Below, piece after piece: positions 52,326-64,000 of a stretch of 64,000 bases of DNA (position 1 is its first letter; the number at the start of each line of letters is the position of its first letter). This DNA comes from Lytechinus pictus (Eukaryota). The stretch lies in NCBI RefSeq assembly GCF_037042905.1, contig NC_087252.1, forward strand, positions 13,270,001-13,334,000, given 5' to 3'. The notes under the pieces were generated by a model. The model worked only from the letters and a program-made list of their open reading frames with translations. It had not been told where the DNA came from and made no database searches. The position numbers and the translations under genes were made by a program.

Positions 52326-53962
52326 AGATAGTTTGCCAGTATGAAAGTAAATTACTTATAAATATACCCACAAGGTAATACCTGGAAGTCTGCAGGTACT
52401 TTTCAAAGTCATTAGAACATTTACAGGGATTTCTCCAATGTTGATTGCTGGGCTTATTGCGGTGTGAAAGCAAATTACTTCCAGGAATGGATCTGGCGCT
52501 TTACAAGTCACATCATTATTATTGTTATCTGTTTATAACTATCAGTCTTGCTGCTGACTTATAACTGTTGGAACTCTATCTGTTCAGGGTGGGTATGAAT
52601 GCAAAAAAAATACATCATTGCATATTTTGAGGCAACCAAAAAAAGTTTGTGATTTGAATAAATTTTTGAGAGCTGGTGGGTGTAAAAGCACCTGTTGACG
52701 TCATTTGGTGAGAGCAAAAAGGACAATAACCTAAAGCAGATATTCAGACCGAGAAAAATTATTGTATAACGATACCAAAGTGGTGTTATACTGTGGCTTT
52801 TTACATGTTTCGAATCAAAGGGATTCATTAATGAAAATAATAAAAAAAATTAAAACATGTTGTACAGAAGTAATTTAATTGCACTTCATACTTCTCATAT
52901 ATTAATACAATGGCTGGATGGATATGGAAACAACTTATCAATACAGTATAAAAAAACATTCATATGTCTGTTCTTGAGACAAAAACTTGTTTGAAAATGG
53001 GAGCTAAATGCATACTTTGGCATATGCCCCCAGCATTAGCTTTTGAGGCCTAATTGCAATAGAAAATGCCTGTGATCATTATTTTGAATGTCTTGTTAAT
53101 CATGTCTATACAAAAGTGGTTTTGGATAAACATTTTTGTTATAATTATCTGGGGTAATAATAATGGTAACCCTCAGAATAGATTATATCTAGAGAGATGG
53201 TGCTATAAATGGCTATTATTATTTTCATCATCATCATCATTACTATAATTTTCTAAAACAGACTGCAACAGTTTTTTTTAAACAGCAATTGAGTTAATGC
53301 CCTTTTAATTCTCAGAAGTGTCACAGATGAAAGATGGTATGGGTTGATATCTGCCCATTTGGAGCAATTTGGATCAGGATTTTGAAGAATTTATGATTTT
53401 TGGAGGTCAAGAGACAATGTTGAAAGCCAAAATGGAGTCAGGTTTCTGGGCTTGGGAGTTCTGGAAGCTGACAGGTTGATCAATCAACAATTCAAAAGGA
53501 AAAACTTTTAAAAGGTCTGATTATTTAAAAAGAGAAATATCTTGGCTTTTAACTTTGATTATGTACAGATTTGGGAATGGAGGCTACTAAAAATAAATAT
53601 TTTTGAGAGAGAGAGAGAGAAAGAGAAACAGACAGACAAGACATGGAAAATGAAGAGGGAGAGACATATTTTATTGTAAAGCGCATAGAGAATTAAGTAT
53701 TAATTATTATGCGCTTAATAAATCTAACATTATTATTATCATTATTATTATCATACATACAGACAGGCAAATACATAGAAAGAGACAGAGAGAGGGAGGG
53801 ATCAAATAAGTTGAAATGATGATCATGAGAAGGACAAAGGAAATAATCTGTAAAACTAAAAAAAAAATGGAAAATTGGAAGAAGAGCGAAAGAAGATCAA
53901 TTGTAAAGTAGAGGGGGAGGAGAAAGGGTGAAGGAAGAGATGGATGGAGGGGTGGGAGATCT

Positions 53963-54437
53963 AGAGATACATAGACAGAGATAGACAGAGAGAGGGAGAA
54001 TGGGGTAAGATACATGTGTAGGCTTAAAAAAGAAAATTTACAGAAAGAAAAGGAGAGAACAAGAGAACAGAAATGCTATTGAGGGAGGGGGGGGGGGGGC
54101 TGCAAGGGACAAAACGCAGTCATAACACAGACAAAGGGGTGGACATTGACCACTGAGTAATTGTCCAGCAATGACCGACCAATTGATTTTCCAATCTATC
54201 CATAACTCTGGAGATACAGACAGAACGAGAGAGAGAGAAAATGGGGCAAGAGCGTAGGCTAAAAAAAATATATATATACAGAAAGAAAAGGAGAGAAGAA
54301 AAAAAGTTATTGGGGGGGGGGGAGGTGCAAGGGACAAAAACAAAAACACAGTCATAACACAGACAAAGCGGGCAGACATTGACCACTGAGTAATTGTCCA
54401 GTAATGACCCCACCAATTGATCTACCAATCTATCCAT
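53963..54437. repeat. Tandem duplication, ~250-bp period
   Basis: GAGATACA..GAATGGGG..CAGAAAGAAAAGGAGA..GACATTGACCACTGAGTAATTGTCCAG..CCAATCTATCCAT occurs twice. Confidence 0.85.
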
Positions 54438-54545
54438 CACTCAATGATCTCATCTAATCTCCTATCACTAACAGCTGTCCAGAGGAATAGACAACCAGAT
54501 GATACCTATTCACACTACAAAGATTCAATGTATAAATACCTTAAA

Positions 54546-54788
54546 CAGGGCTCAACATTAGCAGTGGCCCGGTGGCCCAGGGCAACCAAAAATGAGAGTC
54601 GGGTCACCTAAATTCTGTAAGAGCCCACACTTTGTGGCCCGGTCAGGCTTCCAAAGTTTTGATAAATTGTAGTGTTTTCTCATGTTTTGGGGCCACCAAA
54701 TTTGCTTTGCGGGCCACCAAGAATATGAAATTGATGATTTTGGTGGACCGATCGGGCCATCAAGAAATAATGTTAGTGTGGGGCCTTG
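54546..54788. mobile_element. hAT-like CAGGG MITE
   Basis: CAGGGCTCAACATTA / TAGTGTGGGGCCTTG termini and GGGCCACCA subterminal repeats; TSD only partially matching. Confidence 0.55.
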
Positions 54789-57700
54789 CTTTAAAAACCA
54801 TACAAACTTTTAACACTTATACACAATACCGCTGTATTTGTAATGTGTCAATATTTTTCAATGTATGGTAATAATGTATTACCTTAACGCAATTTTTGTT
54901 ATCTATTATGTGTGAATTTAGCTGTAACAAATTTTTAAGTGTTGTATGATAACAGATTAAACTTAATTGAATTCCAACTTTAAAAAAAATATATATAGGC
55001 AGACCCATTTCTTTCAAATCAAAATGCCTATTCAAACTACTAAGATTCAATGTATGATACAATCAAACGAAACAACACTCTTCCCTTACTATACCAATTC
55101 ATTTGTAACTTTCAAAATTGTACATAACCTTCGTGCCATCAAATTATTTATCAAGGCAAGATAGAACTCATTCCTGCCTTGTGTGAATAAAAAGCTATTT
55201 GATTAGCCTGCATTTGATAGACATGTTTTTATAATGCAATATTTATGCCGAAACTCAAGTCATTTTAAGGAGTAGTTCCCCTGCTCAGAAATTTCATATC
55301 AAACTATCTTTTAGAGAATTATATTTTAATTTGATGTTGGCCCTTTGATGCAAAACTTATATCTCATTATAAAGTTATCGTCCTCCATTATGACATTTTA
55401 TTTCTATCTTTATTGGAAATTTGGAATGAAAATTTTTGTGTCTGAATAGCTCAGAGTCACTCTTCTTGTTGATATCTAAATAATTACAGTTGATGACTGA
55501 CTGGATACAAGGCTAGTCTATCAATATGCTTGTCCATCTCATGTAATAAAATATGTTTAAAGGCCATGTCCACCCCTAATTCACATTCTCGAATAGAGCT
55601 AATCAAACAAGTATCATACTGAAAATTTGAAGAAAAAGCAATGAATTGTAAAAGGAGATTTATGACATGTCAAGTTTCACCTATGTTTTTCTTTAAATAT
55701 GGTAGGTATATTGGTGGTATTATCAAATAAGGGAAGCAATGGCATGATAGAACTATTAGTCCTTTTGTATTGTAATAGGCATTAATATGAATATCCTTAT
55801 TAATCAACTGTGCAGATTTTAAATTAAAGAAGCTATAGCCAGCCTGGATCATGATAATCTGCAATTTTGGAAATTTCACATGTTCTTGGAGCAGTCAAAG
55901 CATGATTTATGTTATAGGAGGGTAGAATTCTGAATTCTCAGAAAATGGGACAAAAAAGGTAAAATCAAATAATACAGATTCATTATGGTTTTTTGACATT
56001 GTACAATTGCAAAAGAAAAGCTGTTGAGCAAATGTGCTTGAGGGCATGACAGCCCCCCCCCCCAAAAAAAAAAAGAGATTTCATAATCATACCATATTAA
56101 GCAGGATGGAGATACATAAATACAAAATGTGTGGGGAAGAAGAGTCTGAAAAGCACATAAGCACAACAGAGATTTGAACCATGAAACTTATCCATTAGTC
56201 TCCACAGTAGAGGAACCATTAGCTCTATGGAGGAACATTGTTATCATCCCTGTAAAAGGGGAACAGGATGCTGGAAGGGAAGGGGTGCTCTGGAATCAAA
56301 GATGACCTCAGAGTGAGGACAAGGGATAATCCCACGGATTAACTGAGGGTGGGGGATATTTATCCCCAGGTACATAATCAGAGGGGGAGTTGATGCCTCT
56401 AAAGTGAAATATAGGCCTATATGTAAACAGTAAACATTTATGACCTTATGAGGACACTTGAGGACTAGAATTGCCAGAGGTGACAGTCAACATATCACAG
56501 CATGGGGGAGTAGTCTGCAGTCACAGACCCTGATTGAAACTTTGATCAACAAGTGTGTCTCCATGCAAAGACTAGCACATACAAAACTTGCTGTTTCAAT
56601 TCCTGAGCGAGAGAGCCTTCAATACACAATGAATTATGGGCTGCACATTCAGACCCATTCAGAGTTTGCATAGCAGACTATGGGGGGGGGGGGGGGTTGT
56701 CAAGTTAAGAGCATAGAGATTGGAGGAGGAAAGCAATGACCTTCTATCAGGTGATCAAGGTATTAACTAGGAATGTGTGTGTCCTCGAGGGATCAGTGTT
56801 AACATTTATTTTCAACACAAGAGGGCTCTATTCCTACAATTTTACTTCAGAGAGTAGTACAGGGCACATGAGAGTAATTCATCTGCGCGCAAAGCATGTC
56901 GGACAGGCGTAAGTAAAGATCACATGACTTTGATTAAAATAATTCATTAAAAATAGATCAAATGTTTGTATATCAAAAGAAGAACGATAGAGATTATGCT
57001 ATGTTCATACTCTTTCATAATTAAGGCGTTTGGGGAGGCTAGACTGCATTTTTGTCTTTCATTTTAATTATTATTACCCACAATGCAGTTCTGTTTTTTC
57101 TGGCAATGAACTGGCCGAAATTATAGTTAGTCTTATTTCAGGCCATTTAACTTTTGATTGAGCTGGGCAAGTACCTGATTAACATATCAAGTCTTAATGT
57201 ACTGTTAATTGTGACTAATGTCAGTGAATTAAAGCAAAATCTATCGAGGGATTGATTTTTAATGATTTTTTGATGAGCTATGATATAACACGTGAGTGAA
57301 TGGGGGTCTGTAATACTCATGTGTGCCCTACATGTCCATGTATTTTTCCATGTATTTTTATATACCTCTTGCATTTTGCAACAAGTTTTTAATGGAAAAT
57401 GTGAGATAACCACTATGTCACCACTCATCAGATATTCAGCATACATATTTACAAAAAAAGAAACAGCTTTCACATTTTCATGCTGTGTCTAAAAGAGCTA
57501 CTCTTAAATGGATAATGATATCATTTTGACATTATTCATTGAAATGTAAAGACATTTATAATAATCAATAATAAGTTTTCTTCAAGATCATTGCATGTTC
57601 TGTTTTCTGACCAATAAAAGTTACCGAGATCAAACAGAAGTATTTTCAGTTAAACACTTGAACTTTTTCATCATCAAGGCCCAAACAGGGAATAAATAAC

Positions 57701-58832
57701 TTAAGAATGCAAAAGAAAATCAACCTTATGCCATAACTCTTCATTTGAACAAAAAATATCCAACAATACTTAGCACAGGCATGTGGGTGGATATTTAGGC
57801 CGTATTCATTTTATTATTCATAATTCATAGAAATAAAAGAAAAACAAGTTTTCATCGACAGCGGGGGAGCATTCCATGGAACAAATAGTTATATTTGCTC
57901 TGAGCAAATCAGATGCAAAGATTTTAGAAGCTTTTTTTTGGTGAAACAGGTGCCGTCAATATTCACGCTTGTCATGATCAATAAAAAAACATATGCTCGA
58001 TGACTTAATATCTGCAAAAATATTGATCCGACCTGCACTTCTCTTTGATGAAGTAGGACAAAAATAATGTTTTCACCTGGCATAAGGCTAAAATATTTGT
58101 ATTCTAATCATTCATGTATACAGCTTGATCTCATGCACAAAGTAAAAAAAAGGTCCTCATGCACTCTTACAAATTACAAAAAATAATTATGTATGCCGAT
58201 ATTGCTCGAATATGGATTTTCCAGACTCAGCTTTCATGTTTTGTTTTGTTTTTCATTCAGGTGAAATGAGGAAGATAAAAATCATTTTCTAACAATTTCT
58301 TTGCATACATTGACTGATAAAATAATCTTAAATCTTGAATTATGAAAAGGGTTTTAAATATCAAAATGCTATGTCTAATATTGTTGAATCATGAATACAA
58401 TTATACATAAATGCGCAATTTTGGTTTACTATTAGAGAGTTGGTGGATTGGTAATTTTGACTTTTGATTTTTAAGGAAGTTATTTTGTTATTATGTTAAT
58501 GTTCACAAGAAATCAAAGTTCAATGATAAACACGAGATCATGTTAAAAAATACACCATACTGTCTGCTTATTTACCAAGTTTCAAGAGTAAACAAGACGG
58601 CACATGAAGGGTTAAACAACCTCTTTTTTACAGGAGGAATTATGATGACCATGGTGATATGAGCCGATGAATATTACATGAGTTTGATTGCTTTGATCAT
58701 CGTCGGTTCAATGAAAATCAATAAAGAGAATCAGGCAATGCGTAGGCTGGTGTCGAACAAATCACCCTTGAATACCTCATAATTGGATTTTAATATGATT
58801 GGAAAAAGATAAGTCTAGGATTTCAGTCACCT

Positions 58833-59113
58833 GAATGCCTCGTGTTCTACTGGTTCTGACTCTCGCCTTTTAAACAGAGGGTCATGGGTTCTAATCCAAG
58901 CCATGGCGTGTTTTTCTTCAGCAAGAAATTTATCCACACTGTGCTGCACTCGACCTAGGTGAGGTGAATGGGTACCCGGCAGGAGTAATTCCTTGCATGC
59001 ACTGAGCGCCGGTGATGGTAGCTCGAGCTAAAGCCGGGGTAATAAAAGCAGCGCTTTGTATCCTCAGGCAAAAAGTGCTTTATAAATCCAGCTACTATTA
59101 TTATTATTATTAC
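58833..59113 (+). mobile_element. tRNA-derived SINE
   Basis: A-box-like TGTTCTACTGG, B-box GGTTCTAATCC, central CACTCGACCTAGGTG..AATGGGTACC block, LINE-like GCGCTTT..GTGCTTTATAAAT tail and (ATT)n end. Confidence 0.8.
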
Positions 59114-61000
59114 TACAAAGTGAATAAAATGAAAGGTTAAATCCACCCCAATAGTGAGTTTATTTTAATAAATAGATTTATATAAAGCAAGCATAACACT
59201 GAAATTTGCATCAAAAATGTATTTAAAATGACCAAGTTGGATACAGTTATTTTTTTTAAACGAGATCAAATTGGTGATAATATTGTGTTTTAATTTTTTT
59301 CTTCACAAATGGTCAGATTAGCTTGTTTGAAAAACTATTAGTAATAAATCTATATTTTGGAACCAAATTCGATGCTACAATAACTTTTTATTAAAAAGAT
59401 TAACAAGATTCAAGTTACATGGCATTTGCTCAGGCAGCAATTGCTGCACTAATCAAATGACTGAACTTCAACCCTGGATTTTCCTACCCTAACCCTAACA
59501 CAAACCCTATTGCTACTCTAATCCTTACCCTACTTGTAGATCTTGGACGAAATAAAGCCAAGACCAATTGACACAGGAGCAAAATTGTTGTGTCACTAAT
59601 CCAAAATGCCCATTCTAATCTAAAATCTTGGCTTTGTTTTATAGCGAATAAAAAGATTAGGAATAAGGATATTTTGGGGAATTTAAAATATTGCTGCAGA
59701 GTCTGCATTTTCAGACTATGTTCAAATACGAAGGGATAACACTATATGATCACTATCACAAGTCAGAAAGGTTATAGCGTAAATAACCTTCTTGTGAGTA
59801 TACAATAATAATGACATGAGCAGAGCTGCAGTTTTTTTTAAGGACCAAATGGAATTTACATCCACTGTTGTTAGTGATGACCAAGATGTAATGAACATAT
59901 TATTTGACTGCTATTTTTAAACCTAAATTTTTAAATGGCTATGATGTTTTTTCCATCCTATAAACAACAATTTTTAAACCCAAATTTCCAAATCACTGTA
60001 ATGTATTTTCCTCCTAAACAACAAATTTGACCAAAGTCAAAATGATACAATGTTTCAAGATAATTTGTCATATCAATTAAGGCCTACGTGTAAAATATAA
60101 CAATTTTCAAATCCTTTTCAAAATTCAAATCTAGCCCCTTTATTTTTATGCTTTTGATATCAACTTGTAAATAACCAAAACATTGATGGCTTTCACAAAT
60201 AATCAAATGATTGAAGAGAAAAACATTCCAGAAAAAAAACAACTAAACTTTCAAGTTGATAATATTCCAGATCATATCATCAAAAGGATGCTTAAAAATG
60301 TTAAATTAATTATTGCAGGGATCTTTCTAATTAGTGTATAAATGGATCACATTAGTATCAATTCTGTTTTAATCTAAAACATGAAATAAAACCACTATTC
60401 AAACCTCAATTAAATTAAAGAGATCAATTACATCATGTTAACATTGGAATTTATATAATGATGTCATTTTGTTTTTATGAAACTAACAATAGCAGCACAA
60501 ACATTAAAACAAAAACAAGCTTCAGTGTAATCACTAATTAGATTGTGTGCAAATAACTTTTCCTTGATGTGATTAGTAATTGGATAATTAATTAATGAGC
60601 ATGCTACAATTGGATAAAATGAAGGTGTGAGACAATCAAGACTGTCTTTATATACAGCAGCCCTGTTATAGATAAGCAATAAGCAAACACAATTAATGAG
60701 TAGTAGACCTATCCAGAGTTGATAGGATAATGATAGTTTGATTATATTAAATTATCACTAATCAACACATTGCTGAATTGAACTTAAATGGGGAAAGGTA
60801 ACCTGTTTGATGTACTCTTTTAATTTCTAAAAATTTCCTGTAATTGGGACATGTCATTGGTGGTCACTATCAAATAGACATGCATAAAACCATAAACCCA
60901 TTTTTTTATTATAAGTATACCAATTTAGGCCTATCATTATATGAAATTCTTCAGTTTTGTAGAACACAAAAGTTGTAAATTTGAATCGATTTCTAAAAAG

Positions 61001-61443
61001 AATAAGCCTGCAGTTCGTAGCTCCACTCTGCGCATGATCAAAAGATTCTGCGCATGATCAGAGGACGGTCATTGGTACTAAAGTGACATGGAGGTTTAAA
61101 ATTTAATGAGATAAGCACCAACTTTGATGTCTCGATTATTCATATTCTTTTCAATTGTGATTTTTCATTTACATCCACAATAAACAACAATGTGTCCACA
61201 ACGACTGGTATTTCACAGTTTGCCAAGTCCTACATGTTATAATATGCATTCAAAGTAAGAATGCAACAAATACCTTAATAGAGTGTTCATTGATGTGCTA
61301 TTGCAATCACCTGGTCTATTCTATTTCTTCATCCTGCTATGTAAGGCATACCTATGTAATATCTTGCTTTGAAATCTGCCTAAAGAAATGAAAGGTAATT
61401 TTTGACCAAAATTGTCCATGAAGTAACTACGAACTGGTCTATT
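61001..61443. mobile_element. TIR element, same family as 10412-10872
   Basis: Reverse-complement similarity along its length, e.g. TGCGCATGATCAAAAGATTCT and GAGATAAGCACCAACTTTGAT. Confidence 0.75.
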
Positions 61444-61444
61444 A

Positions 61445-61545
61445 AATTGAAGTGAATACTTAATAATAACAATAATAATTGAATATCTACCCAGGGAAGC
61501 CACTTCAGTTCCGAAAACTGTTCTCCCAGCGGGCCCCCGCTATTA
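61445..61545 (-). mobile_element. Retroposon 3' tail fragment
   Basis: Minus strand GGGCCCGCTGGGAGAACAG...GGCTTCCCTGGGTAGATATTCAA followed by a (TTA/TTG)n tail. Confidence 0.45.
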
Positions 61546-62252
61546 TCATACTTAAAAGCATTAGCAATCACAATAACATCAATATTATTCCATCTCATCA
61601 TTCATATAGTGCTTTATCTGAATGACTCGTATCTACATTATATAAAAATGCCTGTTGACCCTGGTCATTGCATTCAGGTTTGTAGGCTACAGTATAGACA
61701 CACCTTCCACTCCCTGGGGAGTATTCCAGTAAAGAAAAAGAAATAACAAAAAAGAGAGAAGAGGCGTCATCCAGACTTCACTCTCCTCATTAAAATATCA
61801 CATGTGCTGGCATGACAGATACGGCTTTAGAAAACGTCTCTGATATCTTGTGAAAAGAGTTAGGGGTGTAAACACAGATTAACCAATCGCCATGGCAACA
61901 CAACAAGCTCTTGAAAGATACTGATGAATGCTTCCCTCATTTTAAAACATGAATGTTTCTGATGCACTTTATCCATGGGATGGATGAGGTGTCTACGTTG
62001 GGGTGGGGGTGTGAGTGGTTCTATAGTTTTCAAATTAAGCTTTGGTTTCCATTTTTGAGAAGACGGAGGCATGCATGGAAGTAATAAATCAGCCTTTTCT
62101 GTGAGAAATGTTCTTGAGTCATTCCTACACATGACGATTCAAAGAAAAGCTAAGAGATTATGTAAGTAAGACAGGAGACTACAAAGCATTTAATGCATTT
62201 TTTTTTCATTTCCAGTCCTTTCATTTCCATTACACAGTAAAAACCCTGTTAA

Positions 62253-63991
62253 TAGGAGTGGGCTATAAATGGGTGATTTTTGGTTTTACTGTGGGAACAG
62301 TTTTTTGTGTTCCTTTTACCTTATCTCAACATGAAATGACAATATTTTTTGTCTCGGGTCCGAGAAAAAAGTGTGCCGGGCCAAAATCCAAAATGGCCGC
62401 CAAAACCCCCCAAAATCACAGTTTTGGCCACAACTTTTTTATTTGGTGGTCATTTTCTATGGTTTTGGTGTCTATTCATATGTTTTTGGGGGCAGGCAAT
62501 TTGTTTTTCCTATAATTAGTACTTTTAAACCATTATTTGTAGAGTTAAAAGGTAATTATACCTAAATTTTCCCATTTTTGTAACCTTTTTTCAGCCAAAA
62601 AGTGGGTTTTATCATCCTGGGGTTCTGGGATATTAGATGGTACGAGGTCAACAATAGCAAGCAGCTTCATGTAGCTATATTGCTTTTATTCCTCCACTTT
62701 GGGTTTTACGGATATTTGTGAAATATATCTTATCAAATAAAAGAAAATGTCATTTATCCATAGGGGCTATACGGTGTACAATGCACTGTACATACTACAC
62801 TGCATATATCCATGCATTGACCACCATGGAATATGACAAGGCCTGTATATATAAACTATAGAGTATAGTGTCATAGAAATGAGCTTCAAATGTTTAGAAT
62901 TAGATTGTAAATTTGATTCCTTGTCAGCTGATGTACATGGTGAAACCAGTAACGTAAATTAAACTTACATGTACATGTAAATATCACATACATGTATATA
63001 CTGTACATGTATACGTACATCACATTTTTAGCCATATCTTCTTCATTTGGAGGCTTTTTTTTAAACCTGGTTCTGGTGTCTAACTGCCTGGGCCTATGTT
63101 TATGGGGTCAGGTAACTACTAGTATCATGGTAACGCTGATCAACAGCCAATCAGAATAAAGGATTGCATGCAAGTTACCATTAAGTTAAGTACTTAACAT
63201 AATGGTAAATCTTTATGCAACGGGGCCCAGAATAGCTACATTGTAAATTACCTCTCTCCGCCCCCTGAATTAGCATATTTGACAAAACATGTCCTCAATT
63301 TCTGAGACAAAACACATCTTCAATTTCTGAGGCATCTAATTCTAAACCTGAGAGCTCATTTCTATGACACTATAGTTTATACAAGCCTTGTTATCTGTCA
63401 TGGTGGCCAATGCATTTATGCAGTGCAGTATGTATGTACAGTACATTGTATATATGTATACTGTATAGCCCCAATGGATAATTGACATTTTTTTATTTAA
63501 TAAGATATATTTCACAAATATCCGTAAAACCCAAAGAGGAGGAATAAAAGCAATATAGCTATATGAAGCTGCTTGCTATTGTTGACCTCATACCATCTAA
63601 TATCCCAGAACCCCAGGATGATAAAACCTACTTTTTGGCTGAAAAAAGGCTACAAAAATTGGAAAATTGAGGTATAATTACCTTTTAACTCTACAAATAA
63701 TGGTTTAAAAGTACTAATTATAGGAAAGACAAATTGCCTGCCCCAAAAAACATATGAAAAGACACCAAAACCAGAGAAATTGACCACCAAATAAAAAAAT
63801 TGTGGCCAAAACTGTGATTTTGGGGAGTTTTGGCGGCCATTTTGGATTTTGGCCCGGCACACTTTTTTCTCGGACCCGAGACAAAAAATATTGTCATTTC
63901 ATGTTGAGATACATTACAAGGAATAAAAAAAACTGTTGTCATATTGAAATTACAAAAAAAGTATTTTTGACCCATGTATAGCCCACTCCTA
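62253..63991. mobile_element. Foldback-type non-autonomous DNA transposon with ~650-bp inverted arms (hAT-like termini)
   Basis: 62253-~62905 is the reverse complement of ~63334-63991 (mirror ORFs in the track confirm this). Termini TAGGAGTGGGCTATA / TATAGCCCACTCCTA, with CTGTTAA on both flanks. Confidence 0.88.
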
Positions 63992-64000
63992 CTGTTAAAC

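Noticed and set aside
58833..58910. tRNA gene
   Set aside because: The A/B boxes are degenerate, there is no full cloverleaf, and the sequence continues into a SINE body and (ATT)n tail.
62258..63975. Paired ORFs on opposite strands that look like duplicated genes
   Set aside because: They are mirror translations of the two arms of the foldback element.

Overview
AT-rich, repeat-dense animal DNA with spliceosomal introns, most likely an echinoderm such as a sea urchin. That assignment is inferred from Tsp/pearl-like elements, the MITE families and a CAAGAAAGA histone downstream element. Only one protein-coding gene is well supported: a two-exon ZBED-type gene derived from a hAT transposase (+ strand, 19934-21409 joined to 22033-22716, 719 aa). 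It has two BED fingers, an intact D-D-E triad, altered CxxH and RW motifs and no visible TIRs, so it is probably domesticated. The rest is mostly non-autonomous mobile DNA (Helentron-type elements with 163-bp internal arrays, TTAA-flanked Kolobok-like MITEs, hAT- and Harbinger-like MITEs, a 1.7-kb foldback element, a tRNA-derived SINE, LINE 3' tails) plus simple repeats and local duplications. The most unusual signal is at 16517-16601 (- strand): a Penelope-type minimal hammerhead ribozyme relic directly followed by a complete replication-dependent histone 3'-end signal (stem-loop plus CAAGAAAGA), with no histone gene present. Scattered candidate - strand exons hint at a long-intron host gene that I could not identify. 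No prokaryotic features, CRISPR arrays, rRNA or intact tRNA genes were seen.
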